DNA of 64,000 nt from Marsupella aquatica. Its lineage: Eukaryota > Plantae > Marchantiophyta. Below, piece after piece: positions 12,586 through 24,303 of this stretch. Positions within the stretch are counted from its first letter, which is position 1. The number at the start of each line of letters is the position of its first letter. The notes beneath the pieces were generated by a model that made no database searches, was not told the origin of the DNA, and worked only from the letters and a program-made list of their open reading frames with translations. The translations under genes were made by a program, and so were the position numbers. Where the stretch lies: assembly GCA_973895155.1 (NCBI GenBank), contig OZ316899.1, positions 2,499,355 through 2,563,354 of the forward strand, in the 5' to 3' direction.

Positions 12586-15500
12586 TGTGATGCCTAGCCA
12601 GGAATCACTAGGCCGGTTTACATGGTAAAAGCAGGAGTGTACCCTGGAAACACCTTAGTATAGTAACAAGACAAGGAAAATATAAACAATTAAGGGTGAC
12701 TATGGAACCCGGGCCGAGGCCGGAAGTAAGGACGCCGGGGGAGAGAACACGATTAGGGTTAGGGCACGCTAAGCGTCGGCGGCTAGGGGTGACCAACGGG
12801 AGGGAAGACCAGAGGAGGAGAGGGGTAAGGACTGCTCGCGAGGAATGGTGCCTCAATTGCAAGCACAAACTGGGCAGACGACTACAGGAGGCCAAATACT
12901 GTCAGCTGCTTAGGCAAGCACTCTGGGTGGGAACAGATACCAACGATCAAGTCAAGGAGGGTATGAGCAACGTCAATCAAGCGGCATATTTTTGGGGATG
13001 CCTGTTTGAACGGGCAACTGAGTACATTGGGACTTATGAGGACGAAGAATCAGAGAGAGCAGCTCAAGAACGGTAGGAGCTCGCTCGATTGTGGGAGCTG
13101 CAGAAGTTTGCCTTCTTAGGAGGAGAACTCATCAAGGCCAAGTTCTTGTGGACTCCTATTGCCAATCAGCTCGATGACCTTCTGTTTTGCGAAGACAGAA
13201 TTATCGGCATTCAGGAAGCCATCAACCGCTGCAACGACGCGCACTGGGAGTTGAAGGGTAGCACGGAAGGGTGGACAAAGGCAACTATGCTAGGAGAAAC
13301 ATCCACAGCAGCCGAGATGAAGAGGAAAGGAAACAACAACAAAGAGGCCACCCCGGCAAAAAGAACGAGGTCGGCGGCACCAAGGAAACCAGGAGAGCAG
13401 CAGAACAGGAGGCAGGGAGAAGCCAAAGAGGAGGAGGTCAATCCCATCAATGCCATTCCAACAAGGGATGACACCTGGAAAGGCTGGGCGGCGACCCTAC
13501 CAGAGGAAGTGCAATAACATTTTGCACGGGGCGAGGATGCATGCTTTACGGCCATGCAGACCAAGAAGTACCAGGGCTTCATGGCCGGATCCGGCTTGGA
13601 AACCTTTGTAAGATTACCATGGCTGAAGTCGGAGGTGCCGGACTCAGACTTGTTAGAATTCGTGGGATCATGGGAACCCGAGACCAATTCCACGAGGGTG
13701 TATGGGAAGGATTTCTATCTCACTCCTCGGGTGATTGCCGAGGTGTTTGGCTTGCCAATGGGTAATAAGACCAAGGTTGATACCAGGAAGACCTTACCTG
13801 ACAAGGAGTTCCGGTCGTTCCCAGGACCATCAACAAAGAATGGCTTCTTTCGGAACACCTGCACCAACCCGCGCATCGGAGAGATGATCGATTTCTTGCG
13901 GGTGACCATGCATTGTAACTTGCCGAGGGCAGAGATCGGCAAGGCTTAGGTCTACCTGGCAAAAAGGCCAGACCCAAGCCGGGATTACAACGGGTACCTC
14001 CTCAACCAACTGAAGAAGATCTTGAAGGAGGAACAACAGGTGATCGGCATGGGAAGCGTGTCCCGGCTTGGCTATCACATGCCGCTGTTGTGCCGGTATG
14101 CCAGAAGTCAAATCTTTGCCCCAGTACTTCCCCTATCGGCAAGGGCACCAGAGGAGGTTCCGGAGCAGAGGCCGGCAACAAAAGAGCCCAACCAGCCTGC
14201 CAATCCTACGATCGAGCAAGTGTTTCGGCCAAGGAAAGAAGACTTGCCGATGCAGCAATCAGGCATGCAGAATCTGCTGAAAATGCTGGAGAAGGAGAGA
14301 ACGGCACCAGCAACGGCAACGGCACCGGTACAGGACACTACCCCAAAGGCCGGCCTAAGCCAACTCAGGAGGGAAAACCCCTTTACCAGAGCCAAGGAGA
14401 GAAGGAGGTCGGAACACAAAGCTGGGAGTGCGAATGTATGTGGGAGCCTCAAGCCCCGAATCGGAGGCAGAGCAGCCTAAGGCTCCTTCCCGCGGAGAGC
14501 AGAGGGAGAGGACAGCCTAGAACCCAGAGGAAGAACAAGAGCCCGTGATCTGTGAGGCCGTTTTCACGGCAGGACCAGGGGAACAGAGGGGGAAGCCGGG
14601 AGTCCAAGCAGTGGAGGAGGCGGTGGAGGACTACAGCAATGATAACTCCGGCTATGGGTCGGATCATCATGTTCCAGGAGTAAGGACCTGTGGCCGATTT
14701 ATCCCCACGCTTCCAAGAGTAGTTTGAGGGGACCCCACCCAGCATAGTAGCCCGGAGTCTCCCCCACCAGAGGTTGCTCCCCCGAGCTTTGACGGCATAA
14801 AGCAGATGGCACAAGAATTTCAAGAGCAACCCAGGAGGAGAGGGCTACCTTAAAATTGGAATTGGAGGAAGCCAGGAAGGAGCTGTAGGAGGGACGGAAG
14901 GACCTGGAGGAAGCCCAGGAGGAGTTGGAGGAAACCACCAGGAAGATGGAGAACTTACAGCGGCGAGCCGATAACCAAACGGAGCGGCTGAAGAAACAGG
15001 CCGCAATATTTAAGTGCTTAGCTTCATCTGGTCCAACTCCAATAGTGGGAACTCCGTTACCAGTAGGGGTACTAGCCGAAAGACAAGCCGAGACACACAC
15101 CCCGGTGCCGGAGGTAGGTAGCAAGGGGAAGGGACCATCTATTGAAATAGGGAAGAAGAAGAAGCGGAAACCTTCTGGGTCTGGGAGTTATACGGCTTCT
15201 CAAGCCGTTGTGACCGAGAAAATAAACCCGACACCAACCTCCGGCATCGACAAGGCGGTGGATCCACCAGTCCTAGGAAGTGGGGATGGCAAGGCCGAGG
15301 CTGGGAAAACCAGTAATGAAGCCGAGGTACCAGATCCTCCACTAGAACATGACGGGGAGGCCGTGACCGATGCTGAGGCGGAAGCCGTGGGTGGACCCAG
15401 TCAGGCCGATGAAGAGTTGACTCGGTCCGGGGTAGGTAATCTGTCAGAGGATGGACCAACGGCAGTGGCTCCGGAGGAAGCGTCGGGGGCGTCCATTGAG

Positions 15501-16435
15501 GACCAGCCACCGGGGTCGTGACGGTGTAAGGGAACCGTCCCTTTTAGGGAGGGCGGACGTGGAGGTAGGAGGCATGAGTGGGCAGGGCGGGCGCTGATCT
15601 CCAAGTTTAGACCAAGGATCAGGACCAGGAGACGGCCCTGACACTTAGATTAGTGGGATTGCGGATCCACGAGTAAGGGCGACACTTGTGCTCCTGCCTC
15701 GCTGTACATAGGTAGATTACAGTTAGGTAGATTATAGATAAGTAGATTAGGCTTACGCTGCAAGGAATCAGGCGGATCCACAACCAGGATAAGTACTTGG
15801 GCTGCGGGGAGTTCAGGGCCTCTTCTTTAGCAAGTTTTTAGTTGCACCAGGAGGGCTGGGATCAAGTAGTAAGAGAAGCTCTCGGTTAGTTATATAGTGA
15901 CCCTTGTGTATATTCATGTTTCCTCATGCCTAAGAATTGAATAGAGTTGGCCTCACGACTTAGTTTGCAGAGCTTGTGTATGAGATGTACTGTTTGTATG
16001 GCAAGTGCATGGTATAACTCAGTCAGAAGGAGTCATTTTGCTATTTGTGTATCACATTAACTTGTGTGAAGAGTGCCCACATCAATGAAGGGAAGTAACA
16101 AGGGAGTGAGAGTTGGATGTGTCGAGCTGAGAGAGGTCTTAGCGGCTTAACCAAGCCAATTGGGGATCATTTCGGCGGCGGAATCCAAACATACCTAATG
16201 GAAGACCAGGAGAGGAATACAAGGGAGGGCCTAGAATAGGCCGGCTAAGTATCTCATGACCCGATGAAGGATCTGTCCAGTATATGTGTGTAAAATGTTA
16301 ATAGTAGTAGTAGAGGAGATTAGCAGCGTCCCATGCCGCTAAGCCGCGGAAACGGCCTCGTCGAGGATGAAACCTGCGGGAATCGGCTTGTGCGGGGGGG
16401 TTTCTTGGGTTTGGGGAGCCATGGGACGCACCACA
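12586..16435 (+). mobile_element. Solo LTR, Ty3/gypsy family A (3850 bp, with an internal deletion of about 0.85 kb)
   Basis: TGTGATGCC...GCACCACA termini match LTR 51511-56158; perfect 5-bp TSD AACTC (12581-12585 and 16436-16440); deletion junction near 14825. Confidence 0.95.
12696..15521 (+). pseudogene. Degenerate copy of the family A LTR-encoded gene
   Basis: Fragments 12696-13076, 13089-13517, 13554-13949, 14022-14480 and 14925-15521 are collinear with 51626-55246 and broken by stops and the deletion. Confidence 0.9.
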
Positions 16436-16576
16436 AACTCCATCCGAGATAATGCCTGCAGACCTTGGATGTGTTGTGAATGCTGTGGTGAATGAGGATG
16501 CACAGTCCGAAGAGGACATTTACTTTTCAGCAGATGAGTTAGACAAGCACGGTGCTGTAGGTGGTTTCTTGTTGCC

Positions 16577-19500
16577 TGTGGTGCGTCCCATAGCTCCCTA
16601 AACCCAAGAAACCCCTCTGCTCAAGCCAATTCCCGCAGGTTTTGCCCTTGGCGAGGCCGATTTTGCGGCTTAGCGGCATGGGACGCTGCTAACTTCTTTC
16701 TACTACTATTGCTATTAACATTTTACTCACATATACTGGACAGATTCCTCATTGGGTCATGAGATACGTAGCCGACCTATTCTCGGCCTTCCCTTGTCCT
16801 CCTCTCTCGGTTTTCTTTTAGGTATGTTTGGATTTCGCCGCCGGAATGATCCCCAACTGGCTTGGGTAAGCCACTAAGACCTCTCTCAGCTTGACACATC
16901 CAACTCTTACTACCTTGCTTACTCCCCTCTTGGTTGATGTGGGCAATCTTCGAACAAGTTAATGCAACACACAAATAGCAAAATGACTCATTCTGACTGA
17001 GTTATACCATGCACTTGCCATACAAACAGTATTTCTCATATACAAGATCTACGAACTAAGCCGTGAGGCCAACTCTATTCATTTCTTAGGTATGAGGAAA
17101 CATGAATATACACAAGGGTCACAGTATAACTAACCGAGAGCTTCTTTAACTACTTGATCCCAACCCTACTGGTGCACTAAAAACTTGCTAAGGAAGAAGG
17201 CCCTGAACCTCCCGCTGCCCACGTACTTATCCTGGTAGTGGATCCTCCTAATTCCTTGCGGCATAAGCCTAATCTACCTAACTAAATCTACCTAACTGAA
17301 TCTACCTAACTGAATCTACCTATGTACAGCGAGACAGGAGCACAAGTGTTGCTCTTACCAATGGATCCGCAATCCCACTAAGCTAAGTGTCAGGGTCGCC
17401 CCTTGGTCCTGATCCTAATTCTAAACTTGGAGATCTGAGCCTGCCCTGCCCAATCACGCCTCCTCCCTCCACGTCCGCCTCCTTAAAAGGAGCGGCCCTC
17501 CACCACCGTCATGGCAGCGATGTCTGGTCCTCAATGGATGCCCCCAACACTTCCTCCGCAGCCACTACCGTAGGTCCGTCCTCTGACAGATTACCTGCTC
17601 CTGACCAAGTCAACTCTCCATCGGCCTGACTGGGTCCATCCTCGGCTTCGGCCTCAACATTGGCCACGGCCTCCCCGGCATGTTCTAGTGATGGATCCGG
17701 TACCCCGGCTTCATCACCGAGTATCCTGGCCCCGGCTTCATCATCCCCGCCTTCTAGGGCAGTTGGATCCTCTATCGTGACCCTGCCTGAGGTTGGTGTT
17801 GGTTTTACCTCCTTGGTCACGACGGCTTGAGGAGCCGTATTACTCCCTGACCTAGAAGGTTTGCTTCTTCTTCTTCTTTGGTTTGGCAGCTGGCCCCTTC
17901 CCCTTGCCACTTACCTCCGGCACCAGTGCGAGTGTCTCGGCTTGTCCTTTGGCCAGTACTACACCAGGTAACTTGGTTGCCCCAATTGGAGTTGGTCCTG
18001 AGGAAACCAAGCACTTAAATACTGCGGCCTGTTTCTTCAGCCGCTCCGTTTGGTTGTCGGCTCGCCGTTGTAAGTTTTCCATCTTCCACGTGCTTTCCTC
18101 CAACTCCTCCTGCAATTCATCCAGGTCCTTGCACGCCTCCTCCCGCTCCTTCTGGGCTTCCTCCAATTCCTTCTTTAAGGTTGCCCTCTCCTCCTGGGTT
18201 GCTCTCAGCTCCTTGTCGAGCTCCGTAATGACCTTAGACTCCATTTTATTCATCTTGGCATAAGTCTGGTCGAGCTGGTTATCTTTCTCGCGGAGGTCGG
18301 CCTTGAAGCTGACCGTCATGGATGCGAGCTCCTGCCGCAACACGATAATCGCCTGATAGGATTTCCCTAACTCGGCCTCCTTCTGCTCAAGGGCTCTGCG
18401 GATATCCTCGAGTTCCCCCTTCAGCGCCCTTTCCCTTCTATGAGTTTCCGCCATGGCCCGATTGTTGGCTGCTATGTGGGCCTCCTCTACGTCTCTTAGC
18501 TCTCGCTTCCACTTCTCCTTCTCCTTGATCGAATCGGCCAGATCACATTGGGTCTGAGTCAGTTTATCCTTGATAATCTGATTATCAGACTGCGCGGTAT
18601 CCAATTGCCCCTGCATGATGTTGAGCTCATGCCGCTTAATCCACAGCTCATCTTGGGCTTTCTTGGACGCCTTCAGGTCTTCTACCTTGGCTTCCCTTGC
18701 CCTAAGCCGACGGATGACCTCGTCCTTCTTGCTTCTTTCCAAAGCCACCGCTTCTTCTAATCGGTGCTTCTCCAACATTTCCCTCTGGAAAAAAGGTCCC
18801 TGCTCCAACTCCTCCCCAAAGATGCCAAGCGCAAGTTCCCCACACATCTCCCCGTACTCCATGGCTCGTTCTTTAGCATAGGCGGAGTGAGCATAAGTCA
18901 TCGGCATCATCCACTGCGGCCTTTGTTCCCAGGCAGCCTTGCGAATTTCTTCTATCGTGGCTGGCGGGCTGCTTCATTTTTCTACAAGCCGCCGGATGTC
19001 CTCTGGCCATTCTCCTCCTTGTAAATCCTTCTCCCTTGTCAGGGCTACCTCCTCTTCCTCCCTGCGTCATTCCTGAAACTCCTGTGCCGTCTGTTTTATG
19101 CCGTCAAAACTCGGGTGAGTGACATCTGGTGGGGGAGATTTGGGGCTGCTCTGCTGGGTCGGGTCCCCTCAAACTACTCTTGGAAGAGTGGGGATGAACC
19201 TGCCACAGGTCCTTATTCCTGGAACATGATGGTCCGACCCGTAGCCGGAGTCATCATTGTCGTAGCCTTCTACCGCCTCCTCCTCGGCTTGGACTACAGG
19301 CTCCCCCCATTGCTGTCCTGGTCCTGCCGTGAACACAACCCCACAGATCACGGGTCCTGGTTCCTCCGGCTTCCACGTTGATCTCATCTTCTCACTATCG
19401 TGACCAGGGACCTCGGGCTGCTTCTCCTCGACTTCGGGACTTGAAGCTCCTACATACATTTGGAGGCTTGTGTTCCGGCCTCCTTGGCCCCGGTAAAGGG

Positions 19501-20125
19501 GTTTCCCTGGTAAGTTGGCTAAGGCCGACTTTGGAAGCAGTATTCTGTACTGGCCCCGTTGCCGTTGCCGTTCTCCTTTCCTTCTCCAGCAATTTCAGCA
19601 GATTCTGCATGCCTGGTTGCTGCATCGGCAAGTCCTCCTTCCTCGGCCTAAACACCTGCTCGATTGTAGGACTGTCGGGCTGGGTCGGTTTCTCTGTTGC
19701 CGGCCTTGGTTCCGGAACCACCTCTGGTGCTCTTGCCTATAGGGGCAGTATCGGGGCAAATATCTGGCTTCGGGCATACCGGCACAACAACGGCATGTGA
19801 TAACCAAGCGGGGACACGCTTCCCATGCCGATCACCAGTTGTTCCTCCTTCAAGATCTTCTTTAGTTGGGTGAGGAGGTACCCGTTGTAGTCTCGGCTTG
19901 GGTCTGGCCTCTCCGCCAGATAGACCGGTGCCTTGCCGATCTGCCCTCGGCAAGTTACAATGCATGGTCACCCGCAAGAAATCGATCATTTCTCCTATGT
20001 GCGGGTTGGTGCAGGTGTTTTCGAAGAAGCCATTCTTTGTTGATGGCCCTGGAAACAACCGGAACTCCTTGTCTGGCAAGGTCTTCTTGGTATCTACTTT
20101 GGTCTTATTGCCCATCGGCAAGCCA
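16577..20125 (-). mobile_element. 5'-truncated family A LTR, minus strand, with LTR-gene remnants (17509-20121)
   Basis: Begins TGTGGTGCGTCCC (reverse complement of the LTR end). Similarity stops at 20125 inside the conserved domain (FGLPMGNKTK). No partner TSD was found. Confidence 0.9.
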
Positions 20126-20470
20126 TTGAGAGTAAGTAAATGTTGTTTTGAAGACTTTGTCTGGCCTGTTAATGTGGTTAGTATCTATGCCATGTATGTT
20201 CAATTAGTGCAAACTTGATGGTTTGTTGACAGCTTTAGTGCCTATATGCTTAGTTGTAAATGAAGGAATTTGTGGCTGCTATTGAGGTACAGAGCCAGCA
20301 CAGGAGGAGGTGCGCATACCAAATCCAATAGGCAGGAAGAGGAGATGAAACTTAGAGGCTACCAAATTTTCAGATTCACAGGAGAAGCACAGTGATGACA
20401 ATGATGTGATTTTCATAGACTCTCAACCTCCCCTAGGTATTGGAGATGAGTTTCTCAATCCCCACCACTG

Positions 20471-20836
20471 ATGAACATGGGAAAGATGAGGACCAGAAAC
20501 AGTGGGAAGGAGACTTTGCCTTACAAGGCACCAAAGAAGAAGAGGAATAACACTTCTCCAAAAGGGACAGCAGTGAGCATTGAAGCACAGTCTTCTAGGC
20601 TAATGGCAACTGATAATTCTGGTGTTTGTGTTGGGCAAGGCATACTTCAAATTGAAGCAAGTACTTTCCATGGAAAGAAGGTACTTGCTGATCATGTTGT
20701 GCTATTGTTGACTGCTGTCAGTGAGCCCAAATATCTTCTACCCTTTCCAAACAAGGGAGATGATCCGCCACACATCCATCTTGTGGATGCTGTGGAATCA
20801 TTTGTGATGTGGCCTGAGAAATTTGTAGAGTGTTAG
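20471..20836 (+). pseudogene. tnpA: CACTA TnpA C-terminal domain remnant (element 2)
   Basis: VCVGQGIL..FHGKKV..DHVVLLL..LPFPN..DDPP..LVDAVESFVMWP, paralogous to 22338-22646 and more distantly to 7466-7705. Confidence 0.7.
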
Positions 20837-21070
20837 GTACCAAGTACAATTTGAGACTCAAAATGTGAAGGATTGTTTCAATACATGACCACAATTTGGA
20901 GTACATGATGTTGGGTAATACTCTATTTTTTGATGGATTGCTCATATTTTGAGTTATTATCATGCCATTGTTAGTTGGATTGGTGCTTTTGTGACATTAA
21001 TGACTCAGTCTCGACTATGAATGACATCATTGTCTATGGAAACTAGTGCGGTCAATTGAGTGTTATCAAT

Positions 21071-21437
21071 GAGGTGTTTACAAAAGACAGCAAACAGGAA
21101 ACAGGATTTAATAACAGAAACTGGTAACAGGAAAAAAAACTGGTAACAGGAAAATGGGTGGAAATTTTTTTAAAATTTTTTTAGATTTTTTTTTTGAAAC
21201 TTTAAGTTTTTTTTCGGTCGACCTGTTTTTTTTGCTAGCGCCCGGCACTGCTAATAGTAGCGCCCAAAGCTAGCCAAAAATGTTGCATTGTTAATTTTTT
21301 TTGGAAATAACATGTTTTAGGAGACATTTTTAAATTGTCATTTTTCCTGGTAATAGTGATTTTTTCCTGGTAACAACATATTAAAAATAGGAAAAAAAAT
21401 TCCTGTTTACCTGTTTCCTGTCTCCGTCGCTATACCC
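21071..21437. mobile_element. MITE-like insertion (367 bp), Mutator- or hAT-type
   Basis: Perfect 8-bp direct repeat TTATCAAT at 21063-21070 and 21438-21445; imperfect inverted ends sharing AGACAG(C/G)AAACAGG; non-coding and A/T-tract rich. Confidence 0.7.
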
Positions 21438-21445
21438 TTATCAAT

Positions 21446-21708
21446 CACTCACGAAAAACCCCATATGACTCGAACTAAGTCATTCTAAACACTTATGTTT
21501 GACTGATGTATGGTTCCAAATACTTGACCCTCTAGTCACTAAAATGACTAATGACACTAGTCAATAATATGACTAAGTCAATCCAAGTCACCACTTTTAC
21601 GACTACTAGTTGCAAGAATGACGTCAGTGATTTTCAGTCATACATGACCGGTTTTAGTCATAGTCAATCATATTTTATGGTCAAAAATAGGGGGTATTTC
21701 TACTAGTG
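21446..21708 (+). mobile_element. Right end of CACTA element 2 (subterminal repeats plus TIR 21697-21708)
   Basis: Dense GACTA/TAGTC/ATGAC motifs ending in GGGGTATTTCTACTAGTG (reverse complement CACTAGTAGAAA). Confidence 0.85.
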
Positions 21709-22646
21709 AATGAAAAAGATGTGCCCAGTGCCTCAGTGACCATAGCCAAGGAGGTATCAGGTAAACTGATGCTTTAAATTCCTCTATATGAATGTTGAGA
21801 AATAATTCAGTGGTTAATAGATTCAACCTGAATATTGTGGTGTGTTTATTGATCAGCAGAAGCAGACATGGAGGATATGGCAATGGCAAAGAAGGGGAAG
21901 AAGGTTGTTCATAATGGTAAGGAGATAGTGACAACTTTGTGGTTGGTGACATGTACATTTAGCACATGTGATGAGTGATTGACTTATGTTGGACATGACA
22001 CTGAATTGTAGTTGATGCAGAGTTGACAGACTCTCAACCAAGTGGGAGTAGGGTGAAGCAATGTCAAAACTTGGGAGCAACATTGGATGCAAGTAAGATT
22101 GTAGATGCTTCAATTGAAACAAGTACAATGTTGGCAGATACTGAGATGACGTCGCAGGGAAATCCTGCTACACAATCGGAAGTGTCAAATATGGATGCAG
22201 ATTCTTTGAAGAAGAGTGTAGCCAATTCTCAATCACCAGCACAAAACACTCGTGCCAAAGTCATGACTCGCAACCAAGGTATGAATAATGTCATGTATAA
22301 GCCACCTAGGAAAGCCAAGAAAAACAGCTAGGGTAAGGTGGAGGTGATAGCCACAACAGAGCCAGTCCATAATCTTCTATCATGGGAGGATGACTCGCAG
22401 GTATGTGTGGGTACAGGCATTTTGCGACCGGATCATGCTAAATTCCATGGCAAAGTGGTCCCTGATGACCATGTAGTAGTGTTGTTGACTATAGTGATTG
22501 TATCTGATTGTAATTTGCCATTTCCAAATAGAGACGATGATCCACCTAAGGAAATAATTGCAGATGCAATAGGATCTCTTGTGCTCTGGCCATCAAAGTG
22601 TGTTAGTCTGCAGTGGCTGAATGCAAGTGTAGATAGAATCATGTGA
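21709..22646 (+). pseudogene. tnpA: 3' exons of the TnpA-like gene of CACTA element 3, interrupted by element 2
   Basis: Coding-like sequence abuts the 21708 TIR. ORFs 22023-22331 and 22338-22646 are in frame and separated by one TAG. C-terminal domain VCVGTGIL..FHGKVVPDDHVVVLL..LPFPNRDDDPP..IADAIGSLVLWP. Confidence 0.7.
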
Positions 22647-23149
22647 ATTGTGTCACATTTTGACATTGCCTTGGAAAGATCCAAGAAATATCTGTACCAA
22701 TTTTTCCATTTGGTAAAGAGGATGAAGGAGCCGTTGTGTGTGACATTGATATTTCTGAATTCTGTATGTATGAAACAAGTGATTGATGTCAAACTATGGC
22801 TCTATGGTGATTGTCTATGATACTTGAATCTGTTTTGTATCATTTCAGTATTAGTGTGTATGGTATAGAGGAACACTTTGTGACCTTCTTTGTAGTCTAT
22901 GATGTTTGAATCTGTGAATTCATATTAGTGTACATGGTATAGAAGATGGCTTTCTGAAACTCTATGTGTTCTAATGTTAACATGATGAATGGTGAGCTTA
23001 TAGAGTGAGTTCATTCCAAGTACACAATAAAACATGAATGGAATGTGTTATTTGTGCACAAGAGTGAGTTCATTCCAAGTAGTATAGTGGGGTCTTCATC
23101 ACTCATATCCAGTTGACATGAAAGACTTATACATACCCCACAAAGTGGG

Positions 23150-23478
23150 TACTTTAGTCGTTTTATAAACCCACAAAGTATATTTAAAGACTACCCTCCA
23201 TAACCTTTTTAGTCGTTCCCAACGACTCACCATCGAAGCCCATAAAAGACTGAAAATGACTCCCAAAGCTACCCACAGAAAGACTAAAAAAGACTGAAAA
23301 TCCAGTCTATTAAGCGACTTATAAACTAGTTCTATAAAGGACTCAGTTGATTATAGTAACAAAACATACGACTCGCAGTCCTATAAAGGACTAGAGTCCT
23401 TCCTAGTCGTTTCCAAGTCCTATATGGTACTGAATAGTCGTTTAATGGGGTCTAAATACCCCTTGGTTTCTACTAGTG
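23150..23478 (+). mobile_element. Right end of CACTA element 3 (subterminal repeats plus TIR 23467-23478)
   Basis: Repeated TAGTCGTT/AAGACT/CCCACAAAG motifs ending in TTTCTACTAGTG, directly abutting LINE coding sequence. Confidence 0.85.
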
Positions 23479-24303
23479 TTTGCCCAGCATTTCAGCCACT
23501 GTGTCTCCGTGTACTCAGATCCCCAAATCCTATTCCATCTCTGATAATCAGCCCCTTTTGGCCTCAGCATCTGGTAAATGCAATGATTGGGTATTTTAAA
23601 ATACATTGAAGACCGCTGAGCATCAGCCCAACGCCACATTCTCGCACCTGGTTTGTATCCCCATTTGCAGTTAGTTTGGTCCTATATCTTTTGAAGAAAG
23701 AGCCTGCTACGGTCTCGGTAAGCCAAGTCAAACCCACGTAATCTGTGCCACCGTTCTGTTAAAGATCTCCAGGAGTGGGTTGCCTCATCCCACAGGTCCA
23801 CAATAGCCTTAATTCCTAGCTTCTCAAGTATCTCTGTAGTAATTTCCACATGGTACTGCGGCCAGGACTGGAAACCCACTGTACAGCGGAGAGCATCCCC
23901 AATACTCCAACGACCGGGAAACCCAGCAGCACCGGGGACAAAACATAGATGCGCCCGCAGAGAGACCCAGGCCTTCCATAGGCCACCAGAGTAGGGCATC
24001 CCTCTGCCGTTTTGCAAAGAACACAACAGTAACTTATCTTTGACTGTGTAACAGTTTCTTCTAATCGTCCAGAAATTCTGCCAGCCCACAAGATTTAGAT
24101 TTGCCAAAAATAGGCAGGCCCATTCGAAAGTTGAGGAGTCAAGCGCTTTTGTGATCCACTAGGTTAATAGCGCCTCAGAATGGCATCTGAAGTCACAAAA
24201 TCCAAGTCCCCCCTCCACCTTGGGTCTTGCCATCTTGGCCCACGCAACGAGGGGGAGCTTCTTCTTTTGCTCAGTGCCCACTAGGTTTATACCCCATAAG
24301 AAA

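Larger units (their letters stand above)
12471..16576 (+). pseudogene. Paralog of the 152-451 small ORF, split by a solo LTR and cut by a second LTR copy
   Basis: Removing 12586-16440 gives an open frame: MLPLPDRQALCRVLLRVASCLATAWAYMCGLVTRQSVTPSEIMPADLGCVVNAVVNEDAQSEEDIYFSADELDKH. Confidence 0.65.

Noticed and set aside
15709-15752. Short GTAGATT-type tandem repeats in the LTRs (also 17270-17321), considered as a CRISPR-like or regulatory array
   Set aside because: These are simple variable microrepeats of 3-4 units with no unique spacers, in a eukaryotic context.
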